In this document: positions 27,205 through 36,803 of the stretch, one piece after another | How the letters are laid out: the number at the start of each line of letters is the position of its first letter | Position numbering within the stretch: position 1 is the stretch's first letter | NCBI GenBank assembly: GCA_004557195.1 | Contig: SFER01000001.1 | Span: 1-42,025 of the forward strand | Length of the DNA: 42,025 nucleotides | Source: Bacteroidales bacterium | GTDB lineage: Bacteria > Bacteroidota > Bacteroidia > Bacteroidales > Muribaculaceae | Reading direction: 5' to 3' | Notes under the pieces: model-generated | Seen by the model: the letters and a program-made list of their open reading frames with translations, nothing else | Told to the model about the DNA's origin: nothing | The model's database searches: none | Translations under genes and position numbers: made by a program

Positions 27205-28397
27205 TCTTTCTTTGTAATGTATAAGTAGGTGGCTTGTCGCACCATTGGCACGAGCATGAGCATCACAAATGAGGCATCGCCACGCTGTGGTACAATCCAC
27301 CACGCAACAAGCGCGAGGATTAACACTGCAAAGTTAATAAAATGATACCAATATACTCCTTTTTTTGCCGATTTTAACCACTCGGCAATCGCAGGGAAGA
27401 GATACAGCGGGTGTAGCCACAGCCCCACAAAGTTGTTGCCGGTGGCGGCGTGGAGCGATACGAAGATGAGAAACCACACAATGCATCCGCCCGCGGCATA
27501 GAGGGTGTATATCACCGTGTCGGCTACTCGGCACACTTTCCCGCGGTGTAAGTCCCACGCACTCAGTGCTACGACCAGCAGAAGCAGCAGTGCGGCGGCT
27601 ACCGTTGGAGTTTGCCACCATGGTGTGGGTGGCAGGATGGCTCCGCAGTCGGCTCCGGGATTGAGTATGTTGGTACAGAGCACCACAGGCACTTTCTGCC
27701 CGGTGCTGTCGGTGTAGGTTGCTCCATCGAGCGCTTTCTTGAGATACAGCGGCGCGAACATCTTTTCGCGTGCCGTGGTGGGCTTGTCGAGGTCGGCTCC
27801 CAGGGCAAGGTCGATGCCCAACGACAGCCAGGGATAATTGCCGTTATATTCCCTCATAATGTCGCGGAATGTCAATTCCGGTCGTGTGTCGGCGGGATAT
27901 TCTATGGTGCCTCCCACTGCGCGCTCCACTATGTCGCGGGGGCGTGTCGAGCAGTTATCGCCGATATAATCGTAGCGGTAGGCACGATTTTGCGGCAGGC
28001 AGTTCCACAGCAGGTAGTCGAGCATTGCGTGCACATGGGTTTGCGGCAAGTTGAGCACCTGCTCCACCACCTTGCTCCCGCGCTCGCGGTATTCGGGGAT
28101 GAAATACTCGTAGGGGTAGTGTACCACCAAGTACATGGCGTCGCCCTTCACAAAGCGATAGACAAAATTGGCTGAATAGAAATCAAACACCCCATAGTTG
28201 AACACCTCGTCGAAATCGGAGCCGCGCATCCTTATCGCGGTGTGCCCATACACCTCGTAAATCTCCCCTCCGGGGTAGCAGGTGATGACACTTGCCGTGA
28301 TGGAATCGGTGGCTACGGCTGCCGGCGATGCGCTTCCAAGCCCTGTCCCAATCAGTGCCGCGCATAAAATGAGTATGTAACGTGCAAAATTTCTCAT
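27180..28397 (-). CDS. DUF4105 / Lnb-like membrane protein (N-terminal periplasmic domain plus C-terminal polytopic TM domain)
   Basis: I chose the ATG at 28397 (MRNFARYILILCAALIGTGLGSA). EVYGHTAIRMRG...VFNYGVFDF resembles the DUF4105 core. The C-terminal third has several Trp-rich TM helices (TVAAALLLLLVVALSAW, CIVWFLIFVSL, INFAVLILALVAWWIV). Confidence 0.65.
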   Translation of the reverse strand: MRNFARYILILCAALIGTGLGSASPAAVATDSITASVITCYPGGEIYEVYGHTAIRMRGSDFDEVFNYGVFDFYSANFVYRFVKGDAMYLVVHYPYEYFIPEYRERGSKVVEQVLNLPQTHVHAMLDYLLWNCLPQNRAYRYDYIGDNCSTRPRDIVERAVGGTIEYPADTRPELTFRDIMREYNGNYPWLSLGIDLALGADLDKPTTAREKMFAPLYLKKALDGATYTDSTGQKVPVVLCTNILNPGADCGAILPPTPWWQTPTVAAALLLLLVVALSAWDLHRGKVCRVADTVIYTLYAAGGCIVWFLIFVSLHAATGNNFVGLWLHPLYLFPAIAEWLKSAKKGVYWYHFINFAVLILALVAWWIVPQRGDASFVMLMLVPMVRQATYLYITKKECDIKRTR

Positions 28398-28540
28398 AAT
28401 CGACTGCAAAATTCTCAATTTTCCTCGACATCTGCAAGCAATCGCCCGAAAAACACCGCCCCGCACTCCAAAAGTGTGTGTTGTGAGCGGATTTGGTGAA
28501 TTTCGCCGGTGATATTCTTTAAATTTTTAAATAATAGTTT

Positions 28541-28548
28541 TATCTTTG
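28541..28548 (+). promoter_or_regulatory. -7 promoter box (TATCTTTG) for the esterase gene
   Basis: TATCTTTG lies 49 nt upstream of the ATG at 28597. Confidence 0.4.
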
Positions 28549-28596
28549 TGGTGGCATTATCCTGCCATGAATATGAGAACTTAAAATTTACTGTAT

Positions 28597-29682
28597 ATGA
28601 AACACTTTCTTTTTTCTATTATGGTTGCGGCTCTCGCTCTCTCGGTGAGCGCTGCCGACAAGACCATTGCCGCCGATTGCAGTGATATCTCTTTCAGCGG
28701 GCGTGTTCAGCACCTCTCCGGAGGCGCTGTGCGCTACGACTGGGTGGGAACCTACTTCCAGACCGAGTTTTCGGGGCGTCGCATTGCTGCGGTGCTTTCC
28801 GAAGAGGGCACAAGTTACCACAATGTGTTTATCGACGGCAATTTCGTCGCAAAAATCAAGGTGTCGGGCGCGGAACCTACTACCTACACTCTTGCCGACA
28901 ATCTCGCCAAGGGAAAACACATCCTGCGCTTGCAGAAGTGCACCGAGGGGGAATTTGGCTGCACCACGCTCCATGGTCTCGTGCTCGAGAGCGGCGCTTC
29001 GCTCGGCAAGGTGTCGCCGCGCAAGCGTTTTATCGAGGTGATTGGCGATAGCTACACTTGCGGCTATGGCACTGAGAGCAAGAGCGCAAACGAACGCTTC
29101 GCTCTCGAAACCGAAAATTGCGATAAGGCGTATGGCTGCATCATCGCTCGCTATTTCGATGCCGATTATGCGCTCGTGGCTCATTCGGGGCAAGGCATTG
29201 TGCGACACTATGGCGACAGCGTGCAGGTGTCGGCAAACAATATGCCCAACCGCTGGATGCACGTTTTTGATGCTCACGGCAAGGAAAAATATGATTTCAA
29301 GGCCTATCGCCCCGACATTGTGATTATCCAACTTGGCGAAAACGATTTCTCTCCCACGGCTATTCCTGCCGAGGAGCATTATGTGGGCAACTACATCCGC
29401 CTCATCGAGAATGTGAAGGAGAAATATGGCGATGTGCCGGTGCTTTGCGTTACCCCCTTTGCCGCCAACATCTATCTCAAGGCGGCAATTGCTTCGCTCC
29501 GCGACCGCACTTTGGGCATGAGCCGTGTGTATATGGCTCACAGCCTCGGCAATCTCGTCTCTCGCGACAACGATATGGGTGCCGACGGGCATCCCAACTA
29601 TCAAGGGCAATGCAAGATTGCAATGTCGCTAATCCCGCAGATTTCATTCATCATGAATTGGAATCTCAAGGAATTGTTCTGA
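28597..29682 (+). CDS. Secreted carbohydrate esterase of the SGNH type with an N-terminal beta-sandwich (CE2-like acetyl esterase)
   Basis: Signal peptide MKHFLFSIMVAALALSVSAAD. An N-terminal module of about 130 aa, then FIEVIGDSYTCGYG (GDS block) and C-terminal GADGHPN (DxxH block). Confidence 0.75.
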   Translation: MKHFLFSIMVAALALSVSAADKTIAADCSDISFSGRVQHLSGGAVRYDWVGTYFQTEFSGRRIAAVLSEEGTSYHNVFIDGNFVAKIKVSGAEPTTYTLADNLAKGKHILRLQKCTEGEFGCTTLHGLVLESGASLGKVSPRKRFIEVIGDSYTCGYGTESKSANERFALETENCDKAYGCIIARYFDADYALVAHSGQGIVRHYGDSVQVSANNMPNRWMHVFDAHGKEKYDFKAYRPDIVIIQLGENDFSPTAIPAEEHYVGNYIRLIENVKEKYGDVPVLCVTPFAANIYLKAAIASLRDRTLGMSRVYMAHSLGNLVSRDNDMGADGHPNYQGQCKIAMSLIPQISFIMNWNLKELF

Positions 29683-29751
29683 TTTTAAGCCTTTTATCAA
29701 CGTATTGTAATTTTAGGCGGTTGCATATTTGTGCAATCGTCTAAAATTGTG

Positions 29752-29759
29752 TAAATTTG
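29752..29759 (+). promoter_or_regulatory. -7 promoter box (TAAATTTG) for mtaB
   Basis: TAAATTTG lies 19 nt upstream of the ATG at 29778. Confidence 0.4.
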
Positions 29760-29777
29760 TAGCCCAAATAAGTATAT

Positions 29778-31125
29778 ATGATCGACGACACTGTGTTTAA
29801 CGGAGGTACGGTTGAGTATCACACCTTGGGATGTAAACTCAATTTCGCCGAGACCTCCACTATAGGTAAAATCTTGTCAGACCGCGGTTTTCACACCACG
29901 AGGGCGGGCGAAATCCCCGACATCGTGGTGGTGAACACTTGTAGTGTAACCGAACTTGCCGACAAGAAGGGTCGTCAACTCATTCGCCGCCTTGTGAAGA
30001 AATATCCCGACGCGCTGATGGTGGTTACCGGCTGCTATGCCCAACTCAAAGGGAATGAAATTGCCGAAATCCCCGGTGTCGATATCGTTCTGGGCAGCGA
30101 GCAGAAACTCGAAATCGCCCGAGCAGAAACTCGAAATCGCCCGCTACATCGATGAGTGGCGCGACAAGCGCGAGCAGTCGGTGGTTATCACCCCACACAA
30201 CATGATTCGCCGCTTCGGCGCTTCTTGCTCACGTGGCGACCGTACTCGCTATTTCCTCAAGGTGCAAGACGGATGCGACTATTATTGCAGCTACTGCACT
30301 ATTCCAATTGCCCGCGGTCGCAGCCGCAGCGGCTCAATCGAGTCGATGGTGGAGCAGGCGCGGCATGTGGCTGCCGAAGGCGGAAAAGAAATCATCATCA
30401 CCGGCGTGAATATCGGCGACTTCGGCAAGGGAACCGACCACAACTTCTTCGACCTTGTGAAAGCCCTCGACGAGGTGGATGGCATTGAGCGTTACCGCAT
30501 CTCTTCCATCGAACCCAACCTCCTCACCGACGAGATAATTGAATGGGTGGCACAATCGCACCGTTTCATGCCCCATTTCCACATTCCGTTGCAGAGTGGC
30601 TGCGACGAGGTGCTCAAAATCATGCGTCGCCACTACGACACCGCCCTCTATGCCTCGAAAATTGAGAAAATCCGCTCCATAATCCCCGACGCTTTCATCG
30701 GTGTCGATTTGATTGTGGGAATGCGCGGCGAAACACCCGAATTTTTCGAGCAGTCGCTCCAATTCTGCCGCTCTATCGACGTGAGTCGCCTTCATGTGTT
30801 CCCTTATTCCGAGCGTCCGGGAACTCGAGCCCTCGGAATCGACTATGTGGTCTCCCCGCAGGAGAAAAGCCTCAGAGCACACAAGATGCTCGCCCTCTCC
30901 GACGAGAAACTCCGCAATTTTACATCCCGTTTCATCGGAACTTCTCGCCCCGTCCTCTTCGAGCAGCCGCCGAAAGGACATCCTATGCACGGATTCACTG
31001 ACAATTACCTTCGCGTGGAAACAACCTACAACCCCGCGTTGGTCAACAACATAGCAGTCGTCTCGCTCGACGAAATAATCGGCGACGAAATGAATGTAAA
31101 ATCAAACTCTCTATCTCAATCGTAA
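29778..31125 (+). pseudogene. mtaB: tRNA t6A37 methylthiotransferase MtaB, frameshifted by a 22-bp tandem duplication
   Basis: ORF 29778..30155 encodes the MTTase N-terminal domain (YHTLGCKLN...VVNTCSVT...VVTGCYAQL). ORF 30037..31125 encodes the radical-SAM domain (DGCDYYCSYCTIP) and the TRAM part. Removing one 22-bp copy joins them in frame as ...VLGSEQKLEIARYIDEWRDK... Confidence 0.85.
30099..30142 (+). repeat. Perfect 2 x 22-bp tandem direct duplication inside mtaB
   Basis: GAGCAGAAACTCGAAATCGCCC occurs at 30099-30120 and again at 30121-30142. 22 is not a multiple of 3. Confidence 0.95.
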
Positions 31126-31135
31126 AAACCCCTAT

Positions 31136-32152
31136 ATGAAACCTGTAGCAGTTATAATCCTTAATTGGAATGGAAGAAAACTCCTAAAACAATTCCTCCC
31201 TTCGGTGGTCAAAGGCACCAATAAAACGATTGCCGATGTTATTGTCGCCGACAACGGAAGCCATGACAAGTCAATTGATTATATTAACGACAATTTTCCC
31301 GATGTAAAAATCATTAGATTTGAGAAAAACCTCGGTTTTGCACAAGGATACAATGAAGCCATTAAGCAAACCAACTATAAATACACCCTCTTGCTCAACA
31401 ACGATGTCGCTGTGCCCGAGGGGTGGCTCGAACCGCTCTACGATTTCATGGAGAATAACCCCACTGTGGGTGCCTGCCAGCCTAAAATTCTCTCCTACGA
31501 AAATAGAAAATTGTTTGAATACGCCGGCGCTTCGGGCGGCTTCCTCGACCGTAACGGATTCCCGTATTGCCGCGGACGCATTTTCAGCCATGTGGAGCAC
31601 GACCACGAGCAATACGACAACACCACCACGGTGTTCTGGGCTTCCGGCGCCGCTCTAATGGTGCGCACCGAACTCTATAACCGCGTGGGCGGTCTCGACC
31701 CCCTCTTCTTTGCCCACATGGAGGAAATCGACCTCTGCTGGCGCATCCACCTGCAAGGATGCGATGTGGCTGTGGTGCCGCAGTCGCAGGTTTATCATCT
31801 CGGTGGTGGCAGCCTTCCCGCTTCCAACCCCAAGAAAACCTACCTCAACTTCCGCAACAACCTACTGCTCCTCTACAAGAACACACCTGCCGACGTGCGC
31901 GACAAAATCGTGCGTCGCCGCATGATTTGGGACGCCCTGGCATTCACCATGTTTGCCGGCACATTCCAATTCAAAAATGCCTCGGCAGTGATTCGCGCCC
32001 ACCGCGACTATCGACAGATGAGGAAAAACTACACCACCCTCAAGGCTCCCGAGAAAAATCTCCTCGGTCCCTTCAAAGGTTCGCGCGTCAACATCATCAC
32101 ATCATTCTACATCTGTCGCCGCCGCCGCTACCGCTCCCTCAAAAACCTCTAA
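31136..32152 (+). CDS. Family 2 glycosyltransferase
   Basis: VAVIILNWNG...VIVADNGSHDKS...LLLNNDV...FWASGAALMVR...EEIDLCWR are typical GT2 (rhamnosyltransferase-like) blocks. It starts 10 nt after the mtaB stop. Confidence 0.85.
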   Translation: MKPVAVIILNWNGRKLLKQFLPSVVKGTNKTIADVIVADNGSHDKSIDYINDNFPDVKIIRFEKNLGFAQGYNEAIKQTNYKYTLLLNNDVAVPEGWLEPLYDFMENNPTVGACQPKILSYENRKLFEYAGASGGFLDRNGFPYCRGRIFSHVEHDHEQYDNTTTVFWASGAALMVRTELYNRVGGLDPLFFAHMEEIDLCWRIHLQGCDVAVVPQSQVYHLGGGSLPASNPKKTYLNFRNNLLLLYKNTPADVRDKIVRRRMIWDALAFTMFAGTFQFKNASAVIRAHRDYRQMRKNYTTLKAPEKNLLGPFKGSRVNIITSFYICRRRRYRSLKNL

Positions 32153-32210
32153 TCTCTTAGATTCGTGGTCCTGTAGAGGCTGCGTTTCCTGTTTTATAAT
32201 GCATTTCTTG

Positions 32211-32243
32211 GTAGTCGCATTTTTTGCGACTACTTTGGTTTTA
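32211..32243 (+). terminator. Terminator after the GT2 gene
   Basis: GTAGTCGC (32211-32218) / GCGACTAC (32226-32233) followed by TTTGGTTTTATT. Confidence 0.55.
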
Positions 32244-32265
32244 TTGGGCATATAGTGGGTGGGGA

Positions 32266-32296
32266 TAAAAAAAGAGTGTGCCGATTGACACACTCT
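32266..32296 (-). terminator. Rho-independent terminator after yidC
   Basis: On the minus strand: AGAGTGTG, an 8-nt loop, CACACTCT, then TTTTTTTAT (plus-strand A-run at 32266-32273). Confidence 0.7.
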
Positions 32297-32317
32297 CTTG
32301 TATTATGGTGGGGGAGG

Positions 32318-34426
32318 TTACTTGCGACCGTTGCGGCGCTGCTGCTCGCGGAGCTGTGCTTGCTGCTGACGCTGCATTTCCTCGAGGCGTGCCATGAATC
32401 CGCTTTTCTTCTTGGGCTTCTTGGCTGCGGCTGCCATTTCGGCTCTCACGTCTTCTTCTTTTACCACAAAGCGGAATGCGTAGGTGGTTACGATGGTGAT
32501 GAGGAGCGAAAGGAAGTAGTAGTAACTAAGTCCGGCGGCGTAGTTGTTGAAGAACACGAGGAACATGATGGGCATGAGGTACATCACAAATTTCATTCCC
32601 GGCATCTGGTTGCCCGACTGGTTCTGCATGTTGATGTGGGTGTAGATGATGTTGGTTGCGGTCATCAACAAGCAGAAGAGGCTGATGTGGTTGCCGAAGT
32701 AGTTGGTGATGAACGGAATCTGACCGGTCCACGACACGATGGCGTCGGGGGCGGAGAGGTCTTTAACCCACAGGAACGATTCGCCGCGCAATTCGATACA
32801 GGATGGGAAGAATGTGAACATTGCGAAGAGAATCGGCATCTGCAGCAACATGGGCAAGCATCCGCTGAATGGGCTTGCGCCGGCGCGGCTGTAAAGCGCC
32901 ATTGTCTCTTGCTGGCGTTTGAGCGCGTTTTCCTGTCCGGGATATTTGTCGTTAATGGCTTTGATATCGGGTGCGAGGATGCGCATCTTGGCTTGCGATT
33001 TCATGCTCTTGTAGGTGAGTGGGAAGAGTACCAACTTGATGAGGAGTGTCATGAGCAGGATAACAACGCCATAATTTGAAACCCAACCGGCGAGGAAGTC
33101 GAAGATGGGGATGATGAAATAGGTGTTGATTCCGCGGAAGAAGCTCCATCCGAGGGGAATGAGGTGGGTGAGCTCAAGCGACTCGCCGTCGGCGGCAAGT
33201 GTGTCGTCGTAGCTGTCGAGGAGCGAGAACAAGTTGGGACCGAAATAGAAGTGGAACGAAGCGGGCACCTCGGTGGCAGAGGAGTATTCGAGCACCGAAT
33301 TTACGTTCATATCTTTGAGATATGCGAAGTTGTCGGCTGTGCCTTTTTCAAACACCTTGGTTTTGAGGTCAACGCTTGTAAACGGCTTGTCGGAGATGAG
33401 CACCGAGGAGAAGAATTGGTTTTTGAATGCAATCCATTGCACTTTGTCGCTGAGGCGCTTGTCGTCGCTCTCGGTTTCGCTCATGTAATCTACATCGCCA
33501 CCGGCGTATTTGTAGTAAATGGTGCTGTTGCGCTCCTCAAACATTCTGCCTTGCTCGTGGCGGCTCATTTTCTGATGCCACTTGAAGCCCATCTCGGCGA
33601 TGCTCTGCGGAATCACCTTCGACATTCCGTTTTGCACCACTTCCATCTTCACGATATAGTCGTTGGCGGGGATGGTGTAGCGGAGTGCCCAGGAAGCGCC
33701 GTTGGCAAGGTTGAGGGTCATCACCACGGTGGAGTCGTTGGGCATCGAAGGGGCGAAGTAGAGCTCCTTGGTGTCGAAACGCTGGTCGGTTGAGTTGAGA
33801 ATGAAGCCGTAGTCGTTGGTCTTGGCATCAAACATTACGAGTTCATCCTCTTTTTCCTGCTTGTTGGCTGAATAGGCGTCGTAGTCTTTGAGTGTAACCT
33901 GCGATATTACACCGCCCTTGGTGGAGAAATCCACTCTAATATGCTTGTTTTCAACAACGAATGTTGAATCGGTGCCATTGACAAACGGGGTGAAATCGCG
34001 ATATTTGCCGGCAGTGAAAACGGCATCTTTGAGAGCCTTGGATGCGGCTGAATAGAGCGTGGCATCGATGGTCTTGTCGATAATTTTCTCCACTGCGACA
34101 ACGGTGTCGGGGAGAACGAGCGTACCTGCGATTTTGCCTTTCGACACCACGAGGTTCATTTTGTCGTTAGAAAGTGAATAGGTAGCGTCCTCGGCTGTGC
34201 CTTCTGCCTTTCCGTAGGCTTGCACTGTGCGTCGAATCACATCGACATCGGCTGCCGAAATTGAGTCGATAAATATCACCTCGTCGGCGACGTTGTTGTC
34301 GGCGGCAGCGGTTTGCGAGATTCGCTTACTCTCTGCTATCTCTTCGGGGGATGGTTGATTGAGCCATGTGAAGCCGAAAATCACAAGCCCCATCAATAGC
34401 AGTCCAATAAGTGTGTTCTTATCCAT
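32318..34426 (-). CDS. yidC: Membrane protein insertase YidC (long Bacteroidota form with a basic C-terminal tail)
   Basis: N-terminal TM segment, a large periplasmic domain, then the conserved core (PLGWSFFRGIN...LLMTLLIKLVLFPLTYKS...GCLPMLLQMPILFAMF). Lys/Arg-rich C-terminal tail. Confidence 0.9.
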   Translation of the reverse strand: MDKNTLIGLLLMGLVIFGFTWLNQPSPEEIAESKRISQTAAADNNVADEVIFIDSISAADVDVIRRTVQAYGKAEGTAEDATYSLSNDKMNLVVSKGKIAGTLVLPDTVVAVEKIIDKTIDATLYSAASKALKDAVFTAGKYRDFTPFVNGTDSTFVVENKHIRVDFSTKGGVISQVTLKDYDAYSANKQEKEDELVMFDAKTNDYGFILNSTDQRFDTKELYFAPSMPNDSTVVMTLNLANGASWALRYTIPANDYIVKMEVVQNGMSKVIPQSIAEMGFKWHQKMSRHEQGRMFEERNSTIYYKYAGGDVDYMSETESDDKRLSDKVQWIAFKNQFFSSVLISDKPFTSVDLKTKVFEKGTADNFAYLKDMNVNSVLEYSSATEVPASFHFYFGPNLFSLLDSYDDTLAADGESLELTHLIPLGWSFFRGINTYFIIPIFDFLAGWVSNYGVVILLMTLLIKLVLFPLTYKSMKSQAKMRILAPDIKAINDKYPGQENALKRQQETMALYSRAGASPFSGCLPMLLQMPILFAMFTFFPSCIELRGESFLWVKDLSAPDAIVSWTGQIPFITNYFGNHISLFCLLMTATNIIYTHINMQNQSGNQMPGMKFVMYLMPIMFLVFFNNYAAGLSYYYFLSLLITIVTTYAFRFVVKEEDVRAEMAAAAKKPKKKSGFMARLEEMQRQQQAQLREQQRRNGRK

Positions 34427-34445
34427 TTAATATAATTTGTTATGT

Positions 34446-36092
<1,647 letters not shown>

Positions 36093-36195
36093 GTGAATAA
36101 TATCCACTATCCCAAAAGCAGTGGTAAATTTAGCAATTTTTTAGGTGAATTTCGCAATTAATCACGGCATGATTCCGAGCATCTTCCGCGATACG

Positions 36196-36732
36196 CTATA
36201 ATGTGAGCCGCAGCACCCTGATGGGGCGGTTTTCGCCCGAATACAACTCATTGGAGAAATAGTGCTCGCCTGTTGCGCAGAAGCCGCATTTCTCCATCAC
36301 CCGTCCCGAGGCGGGATTGTCGGTGAAATGTCCGCTCACCAGCGAGGTTAAGCCGGCATTTCGTGCATAGCCAATCACAAGGCGCAGCGCCTCGGTGCAG
36401 ATGCCCATCCCCCAATAGGGCTGTGCCACCCAATATCCCACCACCGGCTCGCCGGGGAGTGCCGGGATGCCGTCGTGCTCGCACGATTCGCCGTAGCCTA
36501 TCGCTCCAATCGGCTCTCCGCTCTCTTTGAGCACGATTGCCCATGTGGTGGGGGTGTTGAACACGGTGCTGATGATTGTGCGGCTTTCCTCGACATCGCT
36601 ATGGGGCTGCCAGCCTGCGCGGGGTCCCACATCGGGGTGGGAGGCATGGCGATAGAGTGCCTCGGCATCGGTTCCCTGCCATTTGCGCAAGCCGATGCGT
36701 GCCGTTTCCATCTCAAATATCTTGTTGTCCAT
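36196..36732 (-). CDS. GNAT-family N-acetyltransferase (RimJ/RimL-like)
   Basis: RIGLRKWQGTDAEALY..., an acetyl-CoA-binding block YWGMGICTEALRLVIGYA, and C-terminal ASGRVMEKCGF. Confidence 0.85.
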   Translation of the reverse strand: MDNKIFEMETARIGLRKWQGTDAEALYRHASHPDVGPRAGWQPHSDVEESRTIISTVFNTPTTWAIVLKESGEPIGAIGYGESCEHDGIPALPGEPVVGYWVAQPYWGMGICTEALRLVIGYARNAGLTSLVSGHFTDNPASGRVMEKCGFCATGEHYFSNELYSGENRPIRVLRLTL

Positions 36733-36740
36733 GTCGCTAA

Positions 36741-36788
36741 AATAGATAAAAATGGCGACAAGGGGGCAAAACCCCGGCTTGTCGCCAT
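36741..36788 (-). terminator. Rho-independent terminator after the nuclease gene
   Basis: On the minus strand: ATGGCGACAAG...CTTGTCGCCAT (36788-36778 / 36762-36752) with an inner GGGG/CCCC stem, followed by TTTTTATCTATTTT. Confidence 0.65.
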
Positions 36789-36803
36789 CGGTGTTGAACT
36801 TAA

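Noticed and set aside
28588-29610. 340-aa ORF antisense to the CE2-like esterase
   Set aside because: This is a shadow ORF. The sense frame has a signal peptide and the GDS and DxxH blocks.
32255-33079. 274-aa ORF antisense to yidC (also 33164..33793)
   Set aside because: These are shadow ORFs opposite the conserved YidC core. They start inside the yidC terminator region.
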